Position numbers and translations under genes: made by a program
Shown here: positions 12,915 to 26,396 of the stretch, one piece after another
Layout: every line of letters starts with the position of its first letter
Position numbering within the stretch: position 1 is the stretch's first letter
Origin: Trichoplax adhaerens
Taxonomy: Eukaryota > Animalia > Placozoa
NCBI RefSeq assembly: GCF_000150275.1
Contig: NW_002060946.1
Span: 925,562 to 989,561 of the forward strand
DNA length: 64,000 bases
Direction of reading: 5' to 3'
Notes under the pieces: generated by a model
Seen by the model: only the letters and a program-made list of their open reading frames with translations
The model's database searches: none
What the model was told of the DNA's origin: nothing

Positions 12915-13707
12915 ATTATATCAAATTTTAGTCGAACAACAGGATTACTTTATGATTTAGTTACTTAAATGTGAAATTTGAAGTAAAATGCGGAATGTAC
13001 TTTCGTTCGTTCTTGCTCCCGATGTATAAAAAGCGACAAAGAATCCAGTTAGTTCATGATAGAGAAAGAGTAAATTGCGATGTTGGTGCTATGATCTACT
13101 TTTATATCGAAAAGTTTCTGGTATACACCGTAAACTTAATGTAAGATTAATAATTCTTGACAAAGGAGTTGGAGTTATTTTATTGTTGTGAATTATTTGA
13201 CAATGGTACATATTACTTTATTAAAAATATTTCAAAAATTTTCCTGGAATGTTTGTTTGACCTTTATTGCCGTCATTTCATTGATCAAATTTGATTATAC
13301 ATATCATCGAAATGGTTATCAGCAATATCACTCACAAATATTTACACCAAAATTTATGTCTTACCTATCGTGGTGCATTTGGTTTTACGTAGCTACAGTA
13401 CAAACTATTCAAATAAACACAACCTACTAGAATCTTCGCAAATTATACATTACAGTAATTTCTTTAAGTTAAGAAGAAAATTTTAATAGATGACATTGAT
13501 CAGTATTATGAAAAAAGATGAGAGCGGTTACATTACGACATTGTAGTAACATCATTAGTTTTACTATTAGCTATAATATAATTACAACCCTTAGACAAGA
13601 ATTATAATATTAGATGTACATATGCGATGGGTGTTAAAGAATATCAACAGATCTCTCTTTCAGTGAATATTGTATATGTGAAAAACAATCACATTCGGTG
13701 ACCAGCA

Positions 13708-16412
13708 TCAGTAGAAAAAGGTACGCATACGATGACCAGAGGCCTCATATAAGTCATTTGCTTTAGTGATAAACTAAAAGGAAGCAAGCAGGTTATAGAT
13801 TAAGAAAAATGTAGTGTACCTACATTTAGACTAATCCATTGAAAATTACAAAAGATATACAGACACATGCACATTGAATAAATAATAAATAAATACCTCA
13901 TCACTATTTTTGCAACCTTGCGTAATAGCAGCTAAGCAAGCCATTAATAAGACGTCGTTGTATTGCTAATTAAAGATAAATTGGTTATTAGTAAAGTGTT
14001 TAGTCGAAGCTAGTAATTAATTACCAACAGCATGTAAATTACTAACGTTTACAGATTCCACAGTAAATTGTTTACTCTTGGCAATGGGTAGTCTCTGGCA
14101 CATGCTGGAAATGTCGCGCAATATTTCATGTTTATATGATAGCTTCCCTATTTGTCATTAGAAAAATTCACGTTGAAAAATTAAGGCATACACGTCACTT
14201 GAACAATATTTTTATAGATTAACAGTATTACCTGCTCTTACAGCCTTGACATAATCCGTCAGCAGTTTAACACGTGTGTGCAACATCTTAATTGCATTAT
14301 ATTGAGCAAGCAAGTTATCAGCAGCTGTAATAAAATGAAACAGTTATATCACCAAAACTATTTACAGTTTTAGTCTATTATGTTTGCAGACCAATAAAGT
14401 CAATGAAGAAATTTTACCTGAGGAAGTGCTAGTCGTTTCAGAATATGATGTTTTAGCTATATGATCGACTCCGATTCTCTCCGAGTCTTCAGTAGCTAAT
14501 GTATACGGTATTTCTAAAAATAAAATTTTAGCCTAACATTTGTTCAAAAAAGACAACAATTAATTGAAAGGTATAAATTATGTGATTTCAGAGTTTATCA
14601 TAGGCCTCACATGTTGTTCAGTACCGATATAAAATTGGAACAAAAGTGTAAATTGTATGATTACAGTAGTATAAATTTTCTGGTAGTTACTTTCTAACTT
14701 ATCTCGAAGAATTTAAAATCCGTACAAACCTGATTATCCACAGCATCGACTACTGTTTCGAAAATTGCCACAGGTAACTAAAACAATGTATAAATAATAT
14801 TATAATGCAACATTCTGATATCTACATATAAGAAAATGATAAAGTTCATCCATTACTTTTAAAGTAATTTTTGAAAATAATTTTCTACGAAAGATAAAGT
14901 TAGCCTTACATTGGTAGCATAGTTACAGTTCGGATTCAACTTTAATAAGAGAGGGCTGTCATAAATTTGGCAAAACTGTTACATCAAATAAAAATAGTAT
15001 AAAAATTTTTATTTCTTTGGTATATGTTATTAATAACGTGCAACGACACGGTGTGACTGGTGACCAATTTATCAATTCATGAGGTGGTAAATGCACAACT
15101 ATCCAAGTGCTGCATTGCACCATGGTAACAAGACTACTGTGAATTTACTTGTACAAGATGATAAAGATTAGGATGTAGTACACCACGATAATACTAACTT
15201 GTTGGTGAATATTTAAATCTGTCTCATTCGGCGAACTTCCAATAGTGTACCAACCAATAAACATGAATTCATCAGTTAATTCACGAACTAAAATATAACA
15301 ATTGATATACCTAATGTCATTTTTTGATATTATAACAACGGAATAAAGTAATACAATTGGTTTATATGGTTAATTTATTATACATATACGCACACTTTTC
15401 CTCACGATCCTTGAAATAATCAACGTTCAAGAACGGCTTGCCGGTATTAAAATTGCAATCCAATTCGTATGAATTACTAATTTCAACTGTGCGCCCTTTT
15501 TGAGTACCAATCAAAGCTCCAATAACTATTTGTAGTAGAAAAAGAAGAATTCATGTTAATCAGGATATGGTACAATAATTAAAGACGTTACACTGTAGTA
15601 AATATTATTTTTATGGTAATATTTAGTCTAGCAGGCAAAATGAATCCAACCCGCATGAGACATTATACGGTACTTTGAAATCGATAAAGTTAATATATAA
15701 TATTAGATAATCCCAACACTTTCGCATATGATTATGCAATACGTAATATCGTAAAGATGTCGCTCAGTACAAATCATGTATCTACACCATTATAATAGTT
15801 ATTGTAGTTCGCTCCATTCAATACGATAAATGATTATTGTAATTCTTGAAGAGTGATGATTTATCCTTATATGCCTACGGTACTGTAGGATCTCGTTTAA
15901 CTTTCAATTAAGGAGCGATCAAAGAAACTACAGAATAATGTTCACAGATTAAATTTTCGATCTTATGTTGCTGTTGGATGCTGATAGTTATCGTTGCATG
16001 CTTGTATACGTTAATCATCACTGGCTAAAATGAAAGCAGAAGTTAAATAGGTCATGTTATCATTTTGTCATTGGCAGAGCGACATGCAGTGCAATTGCCA
16101 ATACGCTGTTCTACAAGACAAAGAACAAGACTAGATCGGAGTTTACTCCGTATGACTTCAACTACATGCACCAATGTAGTTGATTTCAGGTTTTATCGAT
16201 TGTTTCCATAGCAGAGAAATGACTTCTAATGTTGACTAACTTTGGCTATCTTCAGAAGATTCTTGCGCTAGAAATCGCATAAAATGATCGCTAATATTCA
16301 TCACCACAAGAGGATGTAGTAGAACTGAGATACTAGGAGAAACCGACGACGGTGCCATAATCTTGCTACTAGGTTCCTCGCCACTATCATCTATCTGCAT
16401 TTGCATTGCCAT
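13708..16412 (-). CDS. COPS6: COP9 signalosome subunit 6 (catalytically inactive MPN domain), 10 exons
   Basis: Exon 1 is 16241-16412 ([10 protein letters not shown]...[16 protein letters not shown]). Later exons encode [85 protein letters not shown] and [15 protein letters not shown]. The C-terminus is RMRTFFY* (TGA at 13708-13710). Confidence 0.95.
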
Positions 16413-16605
16413 ACTTGTTGAAAGAGGAAACCTTCCCAAACTAGCTTCCAAGATCGCTACTCAAGCTTGATTATGGCTTCAATTTTCAACCTTTGCTTAC
16501 TAGCTTCAAAGTTTTCTTTAGCTTTAGGGTTAGCTCTACAGTAGGGGAGGCCAAGTTTGGAGTCTTGTCGTGATCATAGGAAGAACATTAAAGCGAAGGA
16601 ATAGT

Positions 16606-17215
16606 TACAGTATTTACAGTACAGTACATGTACTGTAGACTGTATACTGTATACTGTACTGGGGTGTCCGGAAAGTCTGGACACATCATATTTTAGTTCT
16701 GTATGAAAGATGTGTCCAGACATTATTTCCAAATTTTGCATGCAGTAAGATCATGTTCTGGAGATTTTAATATCGCAAACAGCAATGTTCTAAGATGTTC
16801 AGAAGTCTATTACAGTACAGTCAAAAGTAACTGCTAAGATCATGGACTACTTTAGTTGCCATGACATGGTCAAGAACTGCTAAAGAGAAAACATGGAGGG
16901 AGTACATCACGGTTGGTGTATATGGATTCTAAAACTGAGCGATGACTGACTACGGGCATTAGGACGAAGCAAATGTATAAACTGTAGAGTATTGTATGCG
17001 TACTAGACCTGTGAGGTAAACTCTGTTTTGTGGCTTATTCCTTCGGCCTTAATGGATGCGTTTCTTGTATCGGAACAAGACTGAAGATTATTTTGACTTG
17101 TGCAAGCTGTACTGTAGAGTACTGTATGGGTACTAGGCCTGTGAAGTAGTGTAAACCCTTATTTCTTTGCTTACTGTCCTGTACAGTACTGGACATACTG
17201 TACAGTATAGTACAG
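16606..17215. repeat. Second TACAG/CTGTA-rich zone, directly upstream of CSN6
   Basis: 16606-16660 reads tacagtatttacagtacagtacatgtactgtagactgtatactgtatactgtact. More units occur at 17110-17215. Confidence 0.8.
16657..16747. mobile_element. Possible degenerate Tc1/mariner-type MITE remnant (~87 bp)
   Basis: TA|CTGGGGTGTCCGGAAAGTCTGGACACATC ... GATGTGTCCAGAC ... CAG|TA. It has a perfect 13-bp inverted repeat (16675-16687 / 16709-16721), CTG...CAG ends and TA flanks. The outer right arm is poorly matched. Confidence 0.35.
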
Positions 17216-20200
17216 GACTAGAGTTCAAAATAGGAAATTGCACAGATTGTCAAAGTGATTATGCCAACTCCAGAGAGTACGAGACCTATGCTTGCATTCA
17301 TTCACGACTCCATTCGCTAAGATTGAAATAGAAGGCTCAACATAACTATAGTGGAAAATTATACTACACAGTATATGTAGAAACTCGCAAGAATCACCTA
17401 GAATTCAATAACTTCATAATCATAAACAACATCATTTTAGTACTATAATCTCACATATTCTAATACTATATATTATAGTATTGTAAGTAAATCGTTCTTA
17501 GAAATATTCCATTTGAAAGTGAAGTGGACAGTGATGGAGTATACTACCAGTATTTCACTCCTACATACAGTAGAGGTCGAGTTATAAATTAAAGTTTGAA
17601 AGGTATGCTTTTCCCAATTTTGCAACAGAATGTCGCAGTCACAGCAAATTTATATTTCGGACACGATGATATGTATTCCTGTTCGTATTAATAGACAAAA
17701 AAGGGGAAAGGGTATGCTACCTCTCTCGATATATCTTCAATATGCCTTAAATGATCCGCTAACGTAGTATTCGATCGGTTAATCCTTTATGGTGTATAGT
17801 ATACTGTTCGTAACAATTCTGCAAGGCGAATTAGAGGAGTATATCGTTATAATCTCGCCAGAATAAGCCATTAACTCGTAGCTAAACACGGTCCTCTTTA
17901 CTGTATTGGACGATAATTGATATCAACACTAGAACTATAGTAGGTGCACATCAAATAGAATAAATGATATACTGTAGTGATCTATTAATCGCTCGAGCAA
18001 CGACTGAATACACAACTTGTAATCATGCTACCTTATTCTGTTGCTCATGCACTAGTGATATACTCCTATCTAGGAAGCTTCCTCTAAAATACATTAACTC
18101 AATCTCTACTCCAGTTGATTATTCCCGAAATGACTAACGATTAATTTTGTCTTTCTTCTTACAATCAACTAAGAGACGAATCGGAAAAGATGATGTATTC
18201 CGTAGGACTACTGCAAATACTAAGTAGGGTATTACGTAATTCGGAAGCAATTCATGGAGTTGCTAATTAAAATAACTCCTACTACTGTTGGTACAGTTCT
18301 AATACAATGTTTTATACCATATAGCAAATAATTCAACTAATCACAAGTCCTAGAACTATTGAACTTAAATAGGTAAATATCATATAGTATTCGCTTTTTT
18401 TTTCTTTGTGACGCTCCTTTCCATTTGTGATGACTAATGTCGGGTAATGAAATAATATCAGAATTTAATAATAACACAATATAATCCACAGTAAGACCCA
18501 TTTTATCCTTAACATACGCGTATATATACGGCATACCGCATTGCATACTAGCCAATAAGCCCATCTATCGTGGCAATCGAAATATAATAGAGTTTTTATT
18601 GTGCTGCATTGCCAGTACATTTATAACATTTTCAACATATCCAATACTATACTACATTTTATTTCAAGCTGCCTACGAAAACCACTGTAATAATTAAAGT
18701 AGCACAAACATTTTCTCATGAGGTGAAAGATATATACGCGTATACAAGATTTGCAGAAAAGAAGCGAATTCTTCTTCTACTAATTGATCTTAGAGAACAA
18801 TGAACGGTAATACTTACTGATTAACCTTTTGAACCTACTTTTGGGAATCTTTCGCTAGCGTTGCAAGCAGTAACTTCGCTATTGCTGCAATACAGTGCAT
18901 CAGAATAAGATACACTATCTGGATATAATCGCAATTCCGGTGTCGACAATGTATCAACTTATTTAGAGAATGATGTTACCATGTTTAATTTTTGTTTTCC
19001 AATAGCTTTCATAATTATAATAAATAATCAACAAAAACATTTCATAAAGCCCTATTATATAATGTTTTAGCGCCGGAGTCCATTAACCGACACATGGTAG
19101 AATAGCGACTTAGCGTATAAATATATATCTTAATTAAAGTTTATAACGTTATCAGTTAAAATGAGATATGTCTCTAAAAAACGTTGCCTTATTCTAATAA
19201 AGGCCTTTCTAATCATATTATTACGCAATAGCGAACTTTCAATTGTATGCTATGTTTCGTAATAGTAGAATTTACATCTGACTCAAATTTAGGATATAAA
19301 TACCAATCAGCACTAGTATTTTAAAAATATTTAGATATAGCGTTTTTATATTCCTATAAATAGATAATGAGTAATTTTTCACTTTAATGAACATGAATAG
19401 GTATGGGACACCCACCACCATATTATTATAGGTATTTTAATTTCATCATTATTTTTATTTATCATAATAGTTATTTAAAGAACAGGAAACAACCTATCAA
19501 AATTAGCCTGGTTGCTCAGTCAGTCGAATAATACCAAACAGGACAAGAAGAATATTCGAATAATTGTAAATACTCCATGTTAGATTTAGTAGACATAATC
19601 CATTACAAGTATTTCATTAATAAATGTACACGATAGGCGATAGCCTTACTCTTTCTTACGCATACATAAACGAGGCATCATATGTTACTACTACATGAAA
19701 TTATCTTGATAAAATCATAATGATTTTTTAACTTAAATTGAGTTGTTAGATAGCAATTATTGATATTTACCGGCATCGGCTATTTTGTAATAGTTAATTA
19801 ATTTCGGTCTATTGGAAAGCAATAGAATAGAATTAGTGAATCTTTAGCCTAATGAAAGTTAACAACTAGACGAATCGCTTCAACAAACGAATACGCAACG
19901 ATATAATACATAGATTGTTCCGTCCATTAAGTGAACAAGTAACGTAATATCTTTAGCAGACCGATTTGATCGCTTGAAGTATAGAATTGTCTAAAATGGC
20001 TTAGAATACCTATAGTAGAGGCTAGTTTGAATCACTAAAGCGAAAAATTGTACTTAGATAACTAGGCTTTTAAATCATTTAATGATAGAATTTCTTAAGT
20101 TTAAAAGTCTATGCAGCATCCGATATAACATGCATTGCTGTAGTCTATAGTACTCTTAAAATTAACTTATAGGATCATGTTGGATATTTAATAATAAATG

Positions 20201-23200
20201 AAATGAAAATGCCGTATCATTGAAATGATTTAATTATTCAAAAAAATCATTCATGTTCTACTTAAGTCTATGTATATGACTTTTATATTATTAAAATTAT
20301 AATTATCTCCACTTAAAGGCTACCAGTATGTTTAATTACGAAGTAAATACTTAGCATTGTCTTTACTACAGTTTTTAGCTTTAACAACTACGAAATTATC
20401 ATGTTCAAACTTAATTTAGATCTTAAAATAGGTATTAAAAGTGCGTTGTGTATTTCTAGCGAGATTTTCATAACACTTATAACGAATTCTTAGGCAGATG
20501 AAGATAATTCATTTATGGAAGTTATCGTGTCACATTGAAATATTACTGTACCGAACTCGAAATGCCTAGCAGTTCTATCTTGTTAATCATATAGATCCAC
20601 AAATAACAAGCAAATCACTCGTAATTAAATGTTTTCTTGGATTATCTACAGGAATATTCACTTTTTTATTTTATTAAACTCATACGGTTTACTGTGGTGT
20701 AGACTTGAAGATTTACTGTTAAAGTCACAAGACTTTTACAAGTTATTGTGTCAACATAGCTCCCGTATCAATTTAAAAAAAATTCATCATACAAGTAACT
20801 TAATAATTTAAATATAGTACTATATGCAATAGTCAATTTATTGGTTATTCACTGAACTTCAGAATGATTCAACAGAAATAGAACAAAAAATAATTGCTCG
20901 CACCATTGCGACAGCAATTTGATCTACTGTTACTAAGTATGTAACACAGTACATCAATTGTACGACGTTGACAGTTATATAAATATAGATGCTATTGAAT
21001 AAAGTAGACTAGAGTAGCACGTAAAATTATTGAAATATTATTATTACCTAGTAAGCTAATAACTACTAAAAGATTTTAATTTATCTATTTCAAGATTCGA
21101 ACACAAGGTAAGAAAAGTTAATTGTTACTATTTGTCAACAGAAATCAAATTTGACTATATCCGCCAACCGCCAACGCTAAACATCTGCTAGCATACTTTA
21201 CATTACTTTTATTTGCGAATTTGGACTTGTCAATATAAGCTATTTTGAAATCATATTTCATTGATAGCAACTAGCCAAAATATTAAATAATTAACTCCCT
21301 TTTCTGCCTTTATTTAGCATATTATAAAATAGATTAGAAAATCTGTATTGAATTGCAAATGGATATAAATGGGAGGGTACTAGTTAAAGGAAGCTAGATG
21401 ATAAATACCCTCACATACAATTGCTCTTAGGGGATGCTCTATAAATTCAATAAGTGCAATTGATAATGTTGTTCAATCAAAATTGATCATCGAAATTCCA
21501 TCATATTTATATTAGTCCTACATTTAGAATAGAATTGATCCACTCTTCCTACCAGTATTTTTTTAATTATATAGCACCTCTACGGAAAAATTACAGTAGA
21601 GTAAAATTGTAGGTGACAGTTTGAAAGCATTGGTAGTCAAAGAGGATAACCTCTAAGTTTACAGCAATTTCAAGAAGGTTTTCGGCGCATACTATACTTA
21701 GAGTATGTTGCCATCATGCGATAAAGTGAAGAAACATTCGAGAAATTTTAAAATATCTTACTTTGATATATATTTAAGTAATAAATTGATACAGTTAGAT
21801 TTTTTATGTTGTAGCAAATGATTTAGCATGTGACATCGCATTAATAAAAAGTATTATTTATAATAGGGTATATAAATTTGTCGTAACTTTTACTTATATC
21901 AAGGCAATTAATCTACGCAATAAAAATATAACGCTATCAAAATCTGTTTCCTTCACTATTTTCAAGTCACTCGATTAATTATACATACATATACCTTGTG
22001 TTGATCTATACGAGTACGCAATAATGATGTTTTTTAATCTCTTCTTTACTTAACGTTCGTACATACTAGAAAACTACACAAGGCTTCTAGTTGTTTGTAA
22101 TATCAAGTTGACATAAATTGAATATTAATACGATATCACATTTTCATTTCCTTCCCTTCTTATTCTATCTTTTAATCATTATTAACTTTTTCTGCTATGA
22201 ACGGTATAAGATGATCGTCAATATCAATCAAAATGCATGCATATAACTGTTATTCGAATCACGTTTTATTCATTCATTCTATATGTAATAAAATTTCAAG
22301 TTTGATATGACGTGTTGGTATTTCTCCTAGAACAAAAAAAAATACTTTGAAAAGACAAAATGAATATAATTTTGATAGAATATATTTTAAGCTACTAACG
22401 ACATTCCACCTTTTATTTATTGCACGATACAGTTAAGATGTAGAGATGTCATTGTTGTTGTTAACATTAAAAATTTCATACTTTCTGATATGCTCTAACA
22501 ACACATCGATCAATAATATTGACGATATTTCTAAAATAAAATATCATTATAGACCGGAACACGTAAAGAATAGTATATATTCAACAAAGATCAAAATTCC
22601 TCTACTAGATATTCAATACTTTTAAGTTGACAACATATTGAATTTACCAGAGCAATATCATTGAAAACGATGGCATGATGTATTAATGAATAATGGTAAA
22701 GGTCAGCATTATTAAAATCTGTTTGTTCAATTGCAAATGGAGATTTTATCCTTGTACGATAGTGATTTTTAATTTTAGTCTATTTTTAATGCTAGTAATC
22801 GATCATCGAAAAAGTAATATCATTCTTCTATTTTGTCCATAGGTTATTCCATATTATTTGGTTATTTTTTAGTAGTTATGATGGAGGTGCATTTGTTAAT
22901 ACTGCACAAGTACTAAACGTACAGTAGTTAGTATTATAGCCTAGATATACAAGTACCACCAAGATTGAATTTCGGTATTGATCGATTTACTTACTAAAAT
23001 GTAAAGAAAGAGAGTATTGAAATTGATTGTGTATTGATATAGTATCGTCTACTCTATCCTTTTGCTTTTCAATGAAAAATATACAATATCTTGATGGCTA
23101 TTTTATTGGACTAAAATTAGACAACATAACGACTACAACAATACATTGAGTACTATGGCCATTAAGCATCATTTATTATTTCGTATTAGCTCGATTTTAT

Positions 23201-24199
23201 ATTTAGATCAGATGAATTGAAGTGAAAATAATATTAATAATCCTCCCATAATTAATTGAACTTTCACCACACCTCCTTCCATCGCGTCTGATTCAAGGCC
23301 ATCATTTTCTATGCATTCATTTACTTTTATAATATAATTTTTATTGTATTCCTTTTATTCTCTACTTCCATCAACTGTCTCCATCACCATACAATCTGAT
23401 TTAAAAGAGGCGGGGAAGGGAATGCATGTCAATGGAGGATATTCGAATATTTTTCTATATGATGCATTACTCAGTGTATACATATACTACTATTGCATGA
23501 AATTATCCAGACGTTACTGATTAATGTTAATTTTTTTTTCATTCAATCATTCAACTAGTCTAGTTGCTATTGATCAATTTGTACACTTTCCTTCTTATTA
23601 TTTATGACGATTTCTTCTAGTGTACCATACATATTCGAGCCTAGCACTTGTATCTAGTTCATTGAAAGATATCGAGAGATAAAAATAACGTTGATTCATT
23701 TCTAACTTTTCACATGGATCTATACCTATCATAAAAACTTATTTCAATCATAACCAAAAAATTTATCACGCTATCGGAATAGTTCGGAACAAGTATATTG
23801 ATAAGAAGGTAAAAAAAACTTAAATCTTCTGTTAAATTTTTCACAAGGCCATTTATCAATTCGTTGACTTAATATTTAGCAATCAATACTTCCTTTTCAC
23901 TCCTTGTAGTGGAACTTCATTCATTCAACTTGGCAATTTAGTCTATGACCATTTCGTTAATACCTAGTAGATACCCATTTTTGTAACTTCTATTTCATTT
24001 ACAAAATTGCGTCAATAGATCGGCAGCAAAATCGGTACGATTTAGGCACTTGATGTACCAGAGCAAGGCGAGAAATTAAAATTAATTCATAAAAGGTACC
24101 TTTTAGAATTTCTTTGAGATACTAGCAAGTAAAAATAACTGATTAATCATAAAGCTACTTCACTCATTATAAGCCATAAGGATTTTTCTTTCTTTCAAG

Positions 24200-24359
24200 A
24201 TTTACTGTCCTGGCGGTTGGTGCTGAATAGCGCCACAATTTTGTGATAGAATAATAATCCTAATCAATTATATTTATCCTATCCATTCAATTTTGCTTCG
24301 AGTGGGGCGACTTCTTCGATTAGCAAGCATTTTTGAGGCTTGTGATTTAAATCTAAAAG
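24200..24359 (+). other. Probable non-coding 5' UTR exon of TENT5
   Basis: Strong acceptor ttttctttctttcaag and strong donor AAG|gtaaga, with no ATG inside. The next acceptor at 24804 opens a 347-nt ATG-free leader to the TENT5 start. Confidence 0.5.
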
Positions 24360-25151
24360 GTAAGAAAATTTATCATAATGTCGTAATAGGTTGAAATTGA
24401 AATTGAGAATTTTATTTGAATCTTCTCTTTCCTAGTATTTTCAATTTTAACTTTGCCAAGCGTGCTAGTTTTTTTTACTGAATGCTTTCGAGTACGGCTT
24501 ACTTTTATAATTAATGGCCGATTCAAAAATTTTTATATGCCTTAGTAAAGTATTGTATGTTATATATGATAAATTATAGCAGCTGAACTACTAGTAATGT
24601 GTTGTGTATATTGTAAAATTAGGACAGTCTTTATTCATACAATTTACGTGTGTGAGTCTGTAATAAATTGCATTGTATGTATATCTTATACATCGTCAGC
24701 CTATTTAGTTTCATATTGACATACATGGTTTATACGCATATCTTATTTATTAGCCGTACCTAGGAAATGCTTACAAAATTTTTTCTTATTTCTCTTCTAT
24801 AAAGAAATCTAATCGATTATTGATCAAGAATATAAAACAGCATTTGAAACAGAGAGTTTAAGAAACACAGAATATTGAAATAGAATATAAACTTTGTAAT
24901 AAGAAAAGAGGATCAACGACAATAGTTTAATTGAAAGTATTGAAGGAAAAGCGACAGTGAATTTCACACATCTCAAGTCAGTAATTGTAAACGAAAAGAG
25001 AACAGTAGCAAAGCAATTGATCGTCGATATCGTCGTTCTATCCTCTCTGATAAGTACTCTCAATTTATTGGTTCTTTCACGAATAAAAAGCTAAAAAAAC
25101 GACGATAATATTATCATCTATTTTTTGGCCGGCTATTAATTTCATCATAAC

Positions 25152-26396
25152 ATGCCTGAAAGTCATAATCAACATTTACAAACGCTAAATTATGGCCAAG
25201 TTGGTAAATTGGTTGAACTATTAGAGACATGTGTTGAAATTCATGGTTACGGTAACTTACCTACTTTACAAATCCCATTAAAAGAATTATTGCGAAAAGT
25301 TAGAAATAACTTAAGAAAAGATAATGTTAATGTGCGAAATATACGTTTAAATGGCGGTACAGCTAGTTATATCTTAAATCAACATCACTATTATAAAAAC
25401 AACTCTCAGTATCAACATCATCACCAACAGCAACAACTACGACCTGCTATTAAACCTCATTACAACGACATTGATTTAGTCTTCAACGTGGATATGAGCG
25501 ATGACAGCCAGGCACAAGTTATCTTAACTACAGTATTGAGAACTTTACTTGAATATCTACCGGATTCAATAGTTCGAAATGGTTTCCAGTATTACATGCT
25601 GAAAAAAGCATATCTGATTAAATTAGTCAAAGTTTTCAATGGTGCTAATCGTTGGTCATTGATATCGTTTCGTAATTATTACGGTCGAAATGTTGAATTT
25701 AAATTTGTAGATACCATAGAACGTCAGTTTCAATTTTCGGTCGACTCATTTCAAATTTTATTAGATTCTATCCTTTCCTTATATGATTACAAATTAACAT
25801 TAATTGATAGCCAATATATGAGTAGTAATTTTTATCCAACAGTTATAGCCGAGTGCTTATACGGCGATTTTGATCTTGCTACTGAACATTTACATAAGAA
25901 AATTATCGCCACAAAAAAGCCTGAAGAGATACGCGGTGGCGGTTTATTAAAATATTGTTCTCTATTATTACAAGGCTACAAGCCAGAATCAGAATTACAA
26001 ATGGGCGCTATGGCACGTTATATGTGTAGTCGATTTTTTATCGATTTTACGCGCCTTGAACAACAAGAAGAACGTTTAGTAAGTTATTTAGATTGCCACT
26101 TTCATAATGATTATCCTATCAAGTATAAGTACTTATTAATCTTGAAGAGCGTTATTAAACGCAATACCGTCTGCTTAATGGATTTAGAAAGGCGACAAAC
26201 TCTACGTTTAATCAACAAATTAATCTATCATTACAATCCAAGGAAACATGAAGTTTGTTTAATAGCTCAACAACAGCAGCAATGCCATCCATCTTTAATG
26301 CCGTTTCGCTATCCAACCCACCTTACTAGTCATCCGTTATTATCACAAAGTTCCTATCCGCATCAATATTATCAACAGCAGCAACATTACCCATGA
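25152..26396 (+). CDS. TENT5: Terminal nucleotidyltransferase 5 (FAM46) non-canonical poly(A) polymerase, 414 aa, single coding exon
   Basis: Family motifs: VEIHGYGNLPTL, RLNGGTAS, YNDIDLVF (DxD), RWSLISF, GRNVEFKFVD, RQFQFSVDSFQI, PEEIRGGGLLKYC, RYMCSRFFIDF, TVCLMDLERRQTL. Confidence 0.97.
   Translation: MPESHNQHLQTLNYGQVGKLVELLETCVEIHGYGNLPTLQIPLKELLRKVRNNLRKDNVNVRNIRLNGGTASYILNQHHYYKNNSQYQHHHQQQQLRPAIKPHYNDIDLVFNVDMSDDSQAQVILTTVLRTLLEYLPDSIVRNGFQYYMLKKAYLIKLVKVFNGANRWSLISFRNYYGRNVEFKFVDTIERQFQFSVDSFQILLDSILSLYDYKLTLIDSQYMSSNFYPTVIAECLYGDFDLATEHLHKKIIATKKPEEIRGGGLLKYCSLLLQGYKPESELQMGAMARYMCSRFFIDFTRLEQQEERLVSYLDCHFHNDYPIKYKYLLILKSVIKRNTVCLMDLERRQTLRLINKLIYHYNPRKHEVCLIAQQQQQCHPSLMPFRYPTHLTSHPLLSQSSYPHQYYQQQQHYP

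Noticed and set aside
15850-15986. Possible C/D snoRNA in CSN6 intron 1 (GTGATGA...CTGA)
   Set aside because: It is antisense to the host gene, with no terminal stem or recognisable guide.
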